A DNA stretch of 64,000 nucleotides from Octopus vulgaris (Eukaryota): contig OX597831.1 of the NCBI GenBank assembly GCA_951406725.2, positions 74,214,001-74,278,000 of the forward strand, written 5' to 3'. Below are positions 13,478 to 26,790 of this stretch, piece after piece; position 1 is the first letter of the stretch, and each line of letters starts with the position of its first letter. A program made the position numbers and the translations under genes. The notes under the pieces are model-generated. The model worked only from the letters and a program-made list of their open reading frames with translations. It was not told the origin of the DNA and made no database searches.

Positions 13478-14505
13478 ATGTATGCATAGTGTTAGCAGGT
13501 GAGACTGAAGTGTAGGACTCCGAAATAGCCACAGAGATACATGCGATGCATACATACATAGATGGACACACACATGCATACACACACACACATGCATACA
13601 TACATATACATACGTACATACACATACATACGTACATACATACGTACATACATATATACATACATCCATACATACATGCTCACATACATACATATATTCA
13701 TGCACACACATGCATACATACACACACGCATACAAACATGCATACATACATACATACATACATACATACACACAAACATAAGCACACACACATGCATACT
13801 CACATGCATACATACATACATGCATACACACATGCACACATACATACATATGCATACATATATACATCCATACATAGATAAGCACACTGGAAGATAAATT
13901 TACTATATGGACGAAAGAGAAAGAATGAGAAAGAGGCATAGAAAGAGAGAGGGAAAGAGAGAGAAAGAGAGGGGGAAAATGAACGGTAGAATGGACCCAA
14001 AAGAAAAACAAGGAAAAATAAGTATTTTTAAATATGGCGGCGGTCATAATTTGGTGGAGCGGTTGTGAGGGTTGGGTGAGAAGGGGCAAAATGGCAAACG
14101 GTTTGTTGGAATGGCAGAGATCGTAATATTGGATCTGGGACTTGCTATCCAATGGTGGATCAGTGATTTGCTTAGCGAGTGTGCCACCATATTTTAACTG
14201 TTCAATATCTCGTCCGAAAAAGTTGTTAAACGTTAATAAGATTTTAATCTCGTTCAATGAATGATGAATTGGTTGAGAAGACCTCAACAAAACCCGATTC
14301 AAATGACTCACTCTTCCTTGGTCACCGCTTCACTGGATTCGGGCAACCGACTTTCACTCTGTCTGTCTGTTTGTCTGTCTGCCTGCCTGCCTGCTTGTCT
14401 GTCTGCCTGCCTGCCTGCCTGCCTGTCCGTCTGTTTCCGTCTTTTACTCTGCAAGTTTCTTATTTCTAACTTAACTTCTCTCCCGTCAATTTTCTTTGGC
14501 CTTCT

Positions 14506-14559
<54 letters not shown>

Positions 14560-14597
14560 GAGATGTATGTATGTATGTATGTATGTATGTATGTATG

Positions 14598-14642
<45 letters not shown>

Positions 14643-14654
14643 GTATATATATGT

Positions 14655-14795
14655 ATAGAAATAAAAAGGGGGCAGGCAACAGGTTGCTTAGCCGCATACC
14701 GTAGAAAATAGAAATAAACAGTCTTTGACTGCTGTTTCTAATTTTTTCGGTATGTGGCTAAGCAACCTGTTTCCTGCCCCCTTTTTATTTATATA
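14655..14795. repeat. Foldback palindrome, ~65-bp arms and 3-nt loop
   Basis: aaataaaaagggggcaggcaacaggttgcttagccgcataccg..cagtc ttt gactg..cggtatgtggctaagcaacctgtttcctgccccctttttattt. Confidence 0.9.
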
Positions 14796-14936
14796 CAAAT
14801 ATATAAAGACCTTTTTTTAAAAAAAAGTTCATACCGATAATGGTTATATTTACATACCGAAATCTACCCGAAAATAATTGTTTTTTTTTAACTATTAATT
14901 ATTTACCCTTATATTATTAATGATGTATATATATAG

Positions 14937-15042
<106 letters not shown>

Positions 15043-15487
15043 TCATATTTATGTAAACAAGCATGCATACATATATACACGCGTATAATTTGTATATACA
15101 TATGCATACAGTAAATATCCACACACATGGATATACATATATACATAAACACACATTTATACATGTTTTTGCGAGCGTGCTTGTGTGTGAGTGTATATAA
15201 AGTAATATGCGTACATGACCAGCTAATTACTAATCTTAATTATTACAAAACTTAAGCAAATCTATTGTATTGTATTGCCGAAACTAATTCATTTCCAGAA
15301 ATATGACAATCTTTGACGAAAAAGACAAGAAATGGTATTGAGAAAACAGAAATGGAAAATCCATTATTAATTTCCGGACCAGACATAATCTCCACAGTTT
15401 GTTTTCGTATCTCATCCCCGGAACTGCTAAGGAAAACTGGGACCTTGCTGGTTACCACGACGAACGTTCCAGCTGATCCGAATTTAA

Positions 15488-15730
15488 CATGCAAGTGGCT
15501 GAGCACTCCACAGACGCGCGTACTCTCAACGAAGTTCTCAGGCAACTTTGAATTACGGGTACTACTCTCATTGAATTACGGGTACTACTCTCATTTTTGC
15601 CAGGTGAATGGACAGGTAAAACGTGAAATAAAATGTTTTGCTCAAGGACAAAATGTACTGCCGGGTGTCGAACACACGACCTTACAATCGTGAGCCAAAT
15701 GCCCCTAACCACTAAACCACGCATCTTCAC
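15488..15730 (-). mobile_element. Old tRNA/CORE-like SINE whose tail resembles that of family C
   Basis: Minus strand: gtggtttagtggttagg..gttcgacacccgg..ccttgagcaaa; tail gagaacttcgttgagagtacgcgcgtctgtgg resembles 45030-45064. Confidence 0.7.
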
Positions 15731-17298
15731 AGACTATAACAACAACAACAACAATTGGTACAATATCCAATCGCCCCACCCTGCCCCTCTCCCATACAGT
15801 GTTGAGCCGAACATGGTTACAAATTAATCGATTTGTATGTAATTACAGGAATCGATATGGATGAAATTAGATTACTAGTTTCAGATGAAATCGATACTGA
15901 TCAAACTAGTGATTGTTGGGTGGATTTCACTGAGGAACACAGTGCAACTGTCAGTAACTGAATATTCTAGAAGCTGTAGAATACTGGGGTAGAGGCGTGG
16001 CGCGGAGGTATGTGCGTGTGGGTAGAGGTTTGGTAGATGTGTGGGTGACGGAAGGGGATCGTTGCATGTTGTCTTGAGAGACAAGACACACCCAGTTTTC
16101 TGACTCATCCAACAACTCTAGACACCAACTTTAACATTTTGACCGCCAACAACTCTTGTTTCGTTGCAATAATTAAATTAAGGAATCGATGGACTCACCA
16201 CCGACATATTGTAATTAACAATTGGAGAAATGTAATCAACGATGGCCGAAGGGATACGGTGTACACGACAAACAGAAACGAACGCAAGAGTTCAGGTTCT
16301 GTCAACGACATAGAGATGAATTGCTTAGTCAAGACACATAACTCTCACAAGTCAACCAAAGAACTTCTAATTGGTTGATTTTGTAAAAACAACAGATAAA
16401 TCTTCTCCAGTCTATGATTTAAAATAGGGAAGGGTCCTACGTAATTGCTGTATTTCCTAGCGATATCAGCTAAATTTTCTGCAAATAACAGCCAACCATT
16501 TTTAGAAAAGAAAGATCATGAAGCTCTAGATTAAAATGAAGGGGTGATCATGGCTGGAACGCATTTGTTCAAAGGTCTGCCCGAACATGATACTAGCATA
16601 GGGTCTAACCAACGACAAAAACACCATTTTCTGGTACCAATGTTCCGAAAAAGTTTAGATATTCAAAATAACAGCGTATGGTTCATAGAGAATTATCCTT
16701 GGTTTATCTGTCGCAATTATATCAGAGAATATCGCCACAAAAATATTGCATCGTTTAAATGTTGATATGTTTCTCTCTTTTAGCTTAGAGAATTGTGTGT
16801 CGGTTTGTTTGACTGTATGTCTGTCAAGAGGGAGACATTTTTTACTGTATGTATGTATACTCAACTTAGCATTTCACACAAGATGGCGGTGTATTCTTGC
16901 AAAATTAACAACGAAATTGTTTGCAGACGATTAATATATTTATTTGTTCTTGTCTGTTATCTTATCTTTTTGGTTATTTGTATTAATATTTTGGAAAATT
17001 TGTTTCAAACAATTTATTAAATGAATTGTAAAGTTTTAAAAAAGAAAAGGACACGAAAAACAGAAATTAGTGTCACAAATCTAATTATTTTATAGTATTA
17101 TGCATACGCATGCGTAAATGAAGTCTTGTTTGAACACTTCGGCGGCGGTGGGTGTACGTATATATGTATGTATATAGATCTATGAACGGATATATACATA
17201 TATATGTGTGCGTGTACACAACTATGTACATATAGACACAAATACACACTTATATGTATATATATAGTTATGTATAGATGTATACATATGTATGTATA

Positions 17299-17366
<68 letters not shown>

Positions 17367-17375
17367 CGTATGTAT

Positions 17376-17416
<41 letters not shown>

Positions 17417-17565
17417 CACGGGAGACCACAAAAAAATGGCTGGATTAGCATGATAAAGGAATAAATGGAATTCTCCGTTCCATTCTTCTATTCCCAAGAG
17501 ATACAACCAGCGTTCTTTTATACAGTTTTGCATTTGCCAAGACTGTATTGCATTTATTCTATCCA

Positions 17566-17610
<45 letters not shown>

Positions 17611-17721
17611 CTGCAGTCTATGAGTATGCATACAAACTCACACACATACACACATGGTTGGATGGGGGGGGGCTGCGCATGTATAAGAAGAAAGCATAAA
17701 AAACATACTGAGATATTTTTC

Positions 17722-17771
<50 letters not shown>

Positions 17772-17844
17772 GTATTTATGTGTACGTGTGTGTGCATGCA
17801 TGGGTATGTATGTTCGTGCGTGCACGTGTGTTTGTGCCTATATG

Positions 17845-17898
<54 letters not shown>

Positions 17899-18167
17899 CC
17901 TATGTATGTATATATATGTATACATGCATATATATGTATATATGTATGTATCTATGTATGTGAATATTCATACATGCATACATGCATACATACAATAATA
18001 TATATATATATATCTAGAGAGAGAGAGACAGACAGACAGAGATAGATAGCTTGTTATTTCTTGTGTGTATGTCTTAATATTGTTTTTAATCGGAACATTT
18101 AGTTATGTCTCATGCGAAACCATCTGCACTCACACATACATATCTACTTACATCCAAATTCATTCAG

Positions 18168-18362
18168 CAATCCCGTAGCTTATGGTGGTGCGCCCACGAT
18201 CGTACGTTCATGGGTTCAATCCCGACACTAGGTGGCGAATAAGTCCTTCTATTTCACGTTGCTCCAGCTGACTCGGTTGCAATGAACAGGAGCCTTGTGC
18301 TGGTGCAGCGCTCTTTCCGTCCGGATCTCCCAGCCTCGGTTCCCGTCTGGATGAAGGGCTAC
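18168..18362 (+). mobile_element. Old tRNA-derived SINE remnant
   Basis: gtagcttatggtgg (A-box-like), gggttcaatcccg (B box), then a ttgctccag..aatga central domain. Confidence 0.5.
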
Positions 18363-18844
18363 TTTTAATTCCCAATTGAAATTAAACTAACTTATCGCCC
18401 TAGCATACCAGCAAATGGTTCTTACGCTATTTATATCCAGCCATAGCCTGGCGATTTGGTTCGTCCCCGGTTCGATTCACGTTCATGATATTGATAAGCC
18501 ACAAAACTGGCGGAATATTGGTGTTCATCAGTCCAGAATGGGATTGGAGGTGAATTGTCTCCCCTATCTCCGATTTTCAGGCGTTTTAATTTCCGGTGCT
18601 ACGAAGAGTCGTCCCCAAAGTGCTATACTGCAGTAAACCGGTGTACAAGCAAAACGCATACAAAGAGTGTGTACGGTCGATAAAGTTTAGAACAGTAGCG
18701 CTGCTTTAAATTCTGAATCGAGCACACACATACCCCCCAAACACACACACACACACACACACGCACATACGTACATACATACATACATACATACATACAT
18801 ACATACATACATACACACATACATACAAACGTATACACACATAG

Positions 18845-19094
18845 GATCACCAAGCATAGATTGGCATATTTCGGTCATGTTATGCGGAGAAAATCCCGTT
18901 ATGCGGAGAAGGACATCGTGCTCGGAATGGTCAGTGGCAAGAGAGGAAGAGGCCGACCAAGAACCGGCTGGCTTGACACCATCAAGAGTGATACCGGAAT
19001 GAACATAGCCAGTCTGAAAGAAGCGGCCCAGGATAGAACTGACTGGAGGACACTGATCCAACGAGTAACCGAGAGTCGACTTCGACTGAGCGGA
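18845..19094 (+). mobile_element. RTE-clade LINE 3' end
   Basis: RLAYFGHVMRR..EKDIVLGMVSGKRGRGRPRTGWLDTIK..AQDRTDWR..SRLRL, the typical RTE C-terminus. Confidence 0.9.
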
Positions 19095-19105
19095 TATATA
19101 TATTA

Positions 19106-19164
<59 letters not shown>

Positions 19165-19172
19165 TGTGAGTA

Positions 19173-19211
<39 letters not shown>

Positions 19212-19218
19212 GGGGGGG

Positions 19219-19881
19219 GGGAAGTAAGAAGAAAAATAAGTGAAAGTGCACATTGGAAATCAAAAGAAGTAAAGGCTTTTTATGAAAAGTAACGATAGAT
19301 ATATACAATTAGATGAACTGAGGTAGGAATAAAAATAATAAAAGTCATTATTCTGAATTGTTAAAGAGATTCAAAAGCATACCGGTTTCGTAAAATTACT
19401 AATCATTGCTTTGAATGTACACCGATCACTGAACAGTGTCAGGTCTAAAGAATGAATAAAGAGGCAACTTTCATCAATAAATATATTTCACAACTCAATA
19501 TGAACACGTAACTAATACAGAACACTACTAACCTTTCAATTAATACCACTAACCCCCATACATCCCATACACCATTCACATTACAGATCTATATCTACCC
19601 TAATTGCACCAAATCCAGAACTACTTACCTCCCTTCCTCATAATCTTTTTACTCAGGGACCAGTAGACCTGACACCGTTCAGTAATCGGTGTGCATTCAA
19701 AGCAATGATTAATAATTTTACGAACCCGGTATGCTTTTGAATCTCTTTAACAATTCACAATAATGACTTTTATTACTTTTATTCATCTAATTGTATATAT
19801 CTATCGTTACTTTTCATAAAAATCCTTTACATTTTTTGATTTCCAATGTGCCTTTTCACTTATTTTTCTTCTTACCTTCCC
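19219..19881. mobile_element. Inverted-repeat element (arms ~19219-19447 and ~19663-19881), PLE pLTR-type
   Basis: The two ~220-bp arms are reverse complements, and each carries a degenerate HHR-like fold. Confidence 0.75.
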
Positions 19882-19920
19882 CTTACATTTCTACGCGTAG
19901 TTTCTATTTTCTTTTTTGTG

Positions 19921-20012
<92 letters not shown>

Positions 20013-20281
20013 ATATGATATGGCGGCTTGGATTGAAAACTGAAAATTCATGAAGAACTAAAACCATTTCTAAATATGATCAGCCTTTCTCTTTATCTTA
20101 ACTGTCAGTCTGTCTGTTTGTCCCATCTGTCTGTTTATCATGTTTGTCTGTCTGCCGTATATAAAACTGAAGTTTGTTGTTTTCTCAGAGGAGTCTGCAA
20201 AAAGTAATCAAAGGTGAACAATCAGGCCAAGCGTAGACTAAGATCGATGAGATGTACACACATACATGCACACACATACAT

Positions 20282-20319
<38 letters not shown>

Positions 20320-20971
20320 GCATACACAGACACACACACACACACAGATACGCACACACACACACACGCATACATACACACACACACACACACATTACCG
20401 ACTCACCAGACCTTATCTAAAACACATCGATACCTTACTAACTGATTAAATATAGATGGAAATAGATCATAGGTATAGTTGTTCGTGATATCAAATCTAG
20501 AGAGTTTAGACCAGAAAATATTAGTCTAGAACGAGTCAAAGACTAGACTTCAACGTGATCGCTCCGGCTGCTAGAAATAACACCCAGATACCCACTCAAA
20601 CTATAGATTCTGATGTTTCAAGAAAACGGAAGGACACAGAACATGTATACCTAGACAATCCGTCCTTCCAGCCGCTACTATAACGGTCATTGCTCCCAAT
20701 AAGGACCCAGCTAGAGACTATCTATATACTGTCGTCACTTAATCGCAATTTTCACGCCTGCCTTTTTTCTACGAGTCATCCACACTGTGTCTCACCAACC
20801 ATGCCCCTCATGTTGGACTATGGGAGTATTCTCGTGGGGCTGTGTGGGTTACTTTAGAATAGGGCGTAAGCAATCAACAAGGGAATAAAACTTGCAAATA
20901 AAGCTTTCACTAAAACTTTTTTAAAGACACACACATACACATACACATACACACACATATCTATATTCATA

Positions 20972-21300
<329 letters not shown>

Positions 21301-21599
21301 TACACACACACACACATACATAATTTATATTCTCATAAGGGCACACAAAGTGCCCACCCGCTGGAAAGAGGAGTTAAAACTCAAACCACCAATAACTGCA
21401 AAATTCCACAGAATACCAACCGTAAGCGGGCGAACGGGTTAAAGAATTTTAGCGAACCAAATGTAGCTCAATGCTAAATATTTTGTTATTTGGATACACT
21501 TGGATCATGGTTTCTAATTCTGGCGAAAAGCCTCAACCTTCATCAACAGTTTTGTCAACTGAAAATTTGTTAACTCGTCACGTTGAAGTCTGCCGGCGT

Positions 21600-21822
21600 T
21601 CTCAGTGTGTGTGTGTGTGTGTGTGTATTTTTGTGAGTGTCTGTGTTTGTCCCCGCCCCCATCGCATGACAACCGATGTTGATGTGTTTACGTCCTCGTA
21701 ACCTAGCGGTCCGGCAAAACAGTCCGACGGAATAAGTACTAGGCTTACAAAGAATAAATCCTGGGGTCGATTTGTTCAACTAAACCCTTTGCTCCAGCAT
21801 GACTGAAACGAGTAAAAGAGTA
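21600..21822 (+). mobile_element. SINE family A 3' half
   Basis: gacaaccgatgttgatgtgtttacgtc..aggcttacaaagaataa. Confidence 0.8.
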
Positions 21823-21923
21823 CAGTGTATACGTTTGTGTGTGTGTGCATACATACATGCGCATATATGTGTGTGTATATATATATGTATATAAATATAT
21901 ATATATGTATATATATATATGTA

Positions 21924-22108
21924 TATACTTTATTTAAAAGCAGCAGAAATTCAACAAAACCTGTTACTCGGAGTTTCACGTTCCCGGTCGTCCGAGTAAC
22001 AGGTTTTGTTAAATTTCTGCTGCTTTTAAATAAAGCATATTACTCTACCCCTGGTATTTGAGTACTCTTTTTTTCCACCTTGTTTCACATTTATGTTTTT
22101 ACTCCGGT
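21924..22108. mobile_element. PLE-type foldback with a half hammerhead at the inversion point
   Basis: Arms 21924-21972 and 21990-22040 are inverted; the minus strand across the loop reads gacga ccg ggaa cgt GAAA ctc.gaGUA acagg. Confidence 0.7.
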
Positions 22109-22109
22109 A

Positions 22110-22172
<63 letters not shown>

Positions 22173-22620
22173 GTATGTGTGTATATATATATATATAGAG
22201 ATATGTGAGCGTGTGTGTATGGGGGTGTATATCCCCTTTTATATATATATGTGTGTAGACATATATATGTGTATGTATGAGTATGGGTATGGGTGTGTAC
22301 GTAGATGCATGTATATGGGTGCATATGTACATGTGTATATGTATGTATATATATACATATGTGTATGTGTGTGTGTGTGTGTGCATGTGTATATGTACAT
22401 GTATATATATATATATGTATAAGTGAGAGTCTCCTTATTTACCTAAAACTCTATTTTTCTATTTATTCTTTTATTTATTCTTTTATCTACTTTACCACTG
22501 ATTCCTTTGACCACTCCCCTAAGAATGATAGTTTGCGCTATGCCTACCCCAAAAAGTCCCCCACCACCACCCCTTTAAACCTGCCTAAATGTATAAATGC
22601 CCAAACTACTCTTGTCACCT

Positions 22621-22671
22621 AGCTTCCTGATGATTTCTTTTGAATGAAACAGTTCTAGTCCTGTAGAAGCT
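22621..22671 (+). ncRNA. Compact type I hammerhead ribozyme with full stem III
   Basis: agcttc CUGAUGA tttc tttt gaat GAAA cag ttctagtc ctGUA gaagct; 6-bp stem I, 4-bp stem III with 8-nt loop, cleavage after 22665. Confidence 0.85.
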
Positions 22672-22708
22672 CCTTCTATAAAATAAATAAAAAATATATA
22701 TATATATA

Positions 22709-22900
22709 GTTAATCCAAACATGAAAGCACAAAAAAACACAACAACGCGAGGACGTGGAACAAATATAGTATTATTGGACGCCCAGGAAAGAAGGAGGGT
22801 ATAACGTTTCGAGCGGAGCTCTTCGTCGGAAACATAGGAGAAGGAAAGATTCAGAGAAGGGAAAACGGAGGAAAAATATTGCCAACGGTACACACGCAAA
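22709..22900 (-). mobile_element. PLE pLTR-type repeat with variant hammerhead (22799-22834)
   Basis: Minus strand: gttt CCGACGA a gagc tcc gctc GAAAC GUU atac; 3' end abuts (TA)n. Confidence 0.7.
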
Positions 22901-23001
22901 CAAAAATTAACTAAAATTAACTAGAAAAAAAAAATTATATATGTACATATATATGTGTGTGTATGTGTGTGTGTGTATGTGTGTGTGTGTGTGTAAATAT
23001 A

Positions 23002-23180
23002 CACGTTGGCCCCCAAAGTAGGTTTACAGTAATTCAACAATTTCTTTCGCATTGATATAGTAACAGTTTGTCAAGCTCCCTTTTCAGTTTGTAAGATAGA
23101 AATTTAAATGTAATAAAATGTTTTTAAAGAAATTTAAAGTGCCTACGTGATAACTGTAAACCCACTTTTGGGCCAACCAG
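23002..23180. mobile_element. Tc1/mariner-type MITE
   Basis: TIRs cacgttggcccccaaagtaggtttacagt / actgtaaacccacttttgggccaaccag, with TA on both sides. Confidence 0.8.
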
Positions 23181-23186
23181 TAAATA

Positions 23187-24481
23187 TTAGGTTGGTAACT
23201 AAGTTACCGCCGTTTTTTTTTTAAGGTTTGAAATTTATTGCGTTTTTAAATTTTGGAATCTGTTTTTTTCGAAAATTCTATTTTTGAGTCATCTTGGAAT
23301 CTTTTTTTTTTTTTTTCTAGTTAATTTTAGTTAATTTTTGTTTATTTTCAGATCTTTAAAATAGAATGTCAAGTTAAGAAAAACGAGCATTTTCGACACC
23401 TCCTTCTATTTGCTTTTAATCAAGGTTCTAAGGCCGCAAAAGCTGCTTGCGGCATTTGTGCCGTGTATAGAGAGGGTGCCATAGCTGATAGAACCACCCA
23501 TGATTGGTATGCCATGTTCAAAATGGAAATTTTGACCTCAACGACGCACCTCGTTCTGGCCGTCCAGTTGAGTTCGATGAAGAGCGATTAAACCAACTTT
23601 TACAATAAAATTCTTGTCAAACGACAAAGGAACTGGTAGAGAAAATGGAATGCTTCCACACTGCTATAGAGAAGCATCTTCACTCGATGGGAAAGGTTCA
23701 GAAGTATGGAGCATGGGTTCCGCATGCTTTAAGTGACAACAACAAAAATCAACGAGCCACAATCTCCACTGGTTTGCTTGCTCGTCACCGCTCAACTCAT
23801 GGACACAAGCAACGATTTCTTTACCGAATCGTTACTGGCGACGAAAATTGTGCCTGTACATCAATATGAAGCAGCATAAGGAATGGCTTAGCCCCGGTAA
23901 ACAAACGACACCGCATTTGAAACAAGATCTTCATCTGCGTAAAACGATGTTGTGCGTATGGTGGGACTTGGAAGGGATTATCTATTACGAATTGCTTGAA
24001 CGGAACCAAACGGTCAACGCGGAACTCTTTGTTCAACAGATGGAACGACTCAACACGGCTATTCAAGAGAAAAGACCTAATCGACAGCATGGAGTTCTTC
24101 TGCTGCACGACAACGCCCTCCCTCATATCGCCAATATGACCAAGGAAGCCATTCAAACGCATGACTTGGAAGTGCTGCCACACCCGCCGTACTCTCCTGA
24201 TTTGGCACCAACGGATTTCCACCTCTTTCGATCTCTTTCAAATGCTATGCGTGGTGTTTCGTTCAATACTGATGCAGAACTGAGGGCCTATTTGGGTCAA
24301 TTTTTCGAGTCGAAATCGGATGATTTCTACCAACGAGGTATTGAAAATTTTGTTGAACGCTCGGAAGAAGTTGTAAACAACAAAGGTGAATTCATTATTG
24401 ATTAATTAGTTGTTATTTTTTATTAAAACTTTTATAAAATTTAAATTTTAAAAAAGGGTGGTAACTTAGTTGCCAACCCAA
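23187..24481 (+). mobile_element. Full-length mariner (DD34D) transposon with pseudogenised transposase ~23361-24405
   Basis: TIRs ttaggttggtaactaagttacc / ggtaacttagttgccaacccaa with TA TSDs; motifs WVPHAL, RIVTGDE, LLHDNA, HPPYSPDLAPTDFHLF; start codon reads ATA; frameshifts and a stop. Confidence 0.95.
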
Positions 24482-25428
24482 TATATACAAACATACATTT
24501 ATATACATGCATAAGAATGTGAGTGAAAACCTAAGAAGAGAAAGCTAAATAAATAATGTCGAGTGTAAGTAGTTAAAAATAGACAAAGCATTACTGAGAG
24601 TATCCTCTGCTCATAACATCTTGTGATTGATCAGATACTCGGGGTGTCTACATATTTGTGTGTTTGGCGCGGGACGCGTTTCTACAACCCTGTGTTTGCA
24701 TGCGTGTCTATGATTGTACGCCTATATGTGTAAATGTGCACATGTGTGTGTGTGAGAGTGTGTGTGTGAGAGTGTGTGTGTACTTACGATTATGTATGTG
24801 TTTGTGTTTCGTAGTATTTTTGCTTGTTTTTAATCACGCTACTTCCTTCCTTCTGTCGTCTCAAAAATCGGAACCATAAGATTCAGCTTAAATTCAAGTC
24901 GTCTCAACTATTTATGATGAAGAAGGGGGTATATCTGTGTGTGTGTCTACTTCTGTGTATGTTCGTGACTGTGTGTTTGTATATATATGTTTGTATATAT
25001 ATATATGTATATACATATATATGAGCATGTGTGTGCGTATTTTTGTGAGTACCTCTTATTTGAAATATATTAGCTTTTAGTCGATGGTGTTTGCTCATCA
25101 TAATGGTGGTAATGTTGGTGATGAGGATAATGATGATGACAACGACTAAGATGGGGGGAGAGGAAGTGAGGGAAGGGAAAAGGGCTAGAGTCAATGGTGG
25201 TGGTGGTGGTGTGTATGGGGTGGTGGGGGTGGTGTGAAGTGATGTAGAGAGAATATCATAAATAATTCAAGCCGATTCCGAATCACCTCCCCCACTCCTT
25301 GCCCTCCCCTACACCCCTCCCTTAGTAAAACATTATGGGATGTCATAGCAGTTGGTGAACTGTGGCGCTGGTGCTTGCTAACTAATACGTACGTGTGTGT
25401 TCGTGTGCATGTGCGTGTGCATGTGTGT

Positions 25429-25463
<35 letters not shown>

Positions 25464-25913
25464 ACTAGTGTGTGTATATGGTTAGTGAAAAAGGAGCAGA
25501 GAAAGAGACTGAGATAAGGAGATACATTACTATGCGTATATAAATATATGTATATCAGTGGTCACAGTGGTGTCGGTGGTGGTGGTGGTGGTGGTGGTTT
25601 TGGTGGTGGTGGTATTGGTGGTGGTATTGGTGGTGGTGGTGGTATTGGTGGCGATGTTCGTTGTCGTTGTTGTTGTTGTGGTGGTGGTGGTGGTGGTGAT
25701 GCTGCTACTGTTAATACTGCTCGTAGTCATGGTGACGGTAAGGTGATGGTAGTTTTGCTGTTGGTGTAGGGGTGGGGGTGGGGTGGAAGGGATGAGGTGT
25801 ACGAGGATTCATGTGAAGAACTTCACAAGAACTACACTCCTAAGTTTGTGTGTGTATACATGTGCGCGTGTTTATGTGTATGTGTGTGTATATATGTGTG
25901 TGTGTATGTATGC

Positions 25914-25951
<38 letters not shown>

Positions 25952-25978
25952 CAGAAATACTAAATTTCTAAATCTCTC

Positions 25979-26040
<62 letters not shown>

Positions 26041-26083
26041 TATATATACTTATATGTACACAAATATACATATATCATCAATA

Positions 26084-26270
26084 TCTATAATTCTGAAATG
26101 AGAAAGTTTGTTTGTTTGTCTGGTTTTGGCATTGGAACGGGTTAAAGGCCACTAGATCCCGTCGGATTGACTCCAAAATTTACAGGGATATGTAAAAGGA
26201 GGTGAGGATGTGAGTGAACTAGGTTAGAAATCTCTAGCTTAAAAGGTGTGGTTACTAGAGGAAAAAACAC
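26084..26270 (+). mobile_element. Non-autonomous Helitron 5' part
   Basis: a|TCtataattctgaaatgagaaagtttgtttgtttgtctg..cggattgactccaaaattt, the typical Helitron 5' TC plus (TTTG)n arrangement. Confidence 0.55.
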
Positions 26271-26731
26271 ACACTTTGACACGTCTTCTATCATTCTCTT
26301 ATCTGCCTGTCTTCTTCCGTCCCTCTCTCTTTCCTCCCTTCCCATCACTTTCACTCTATAACGACGTTTGACAGATACTATCATCTTTCCCCGCCACCTT
26401 CGCCACCACTGTCACTCTTTCTACCACTGCCTCCCTTCCCCTCTCTCTCTGTACGTCTGTCTGCATTCATAGAGAGTTTTATTATCGCCACGACCACTAC
26501 ACAATCATGAGAACAAATATTATGAATCAGATATTTATTGGGTTAATTTATATATGTGTATGTGTGTCCGTATCTATATATAAATCTGTATATATAATGT
26601 ATATATACAAAGTGCATATATCTGCATTTATATATATATATATATAATTTGTATACATTTGTATATATAATGCGTACACACACACACACATATATATAAT
26701 GCGTATATATGTATATATATATATTTAATGC

Positions 26732-26789
<58 letters not shown>

Positions 26790-26790
<1 letters not shown>

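Noticed and set aside
13121-14311. Longest ORF (396 aa, minus strand)
   Set aside because: Mostly microsatellite; the unique N-terminal part has no recognisable motif or convincing splice context.
16746-16934. ORF ending in KLFADD, resembling an RT active-site motif
   Set aside because: A stop follows immediately and there are no convincing flanking RT motifs; likely chance.
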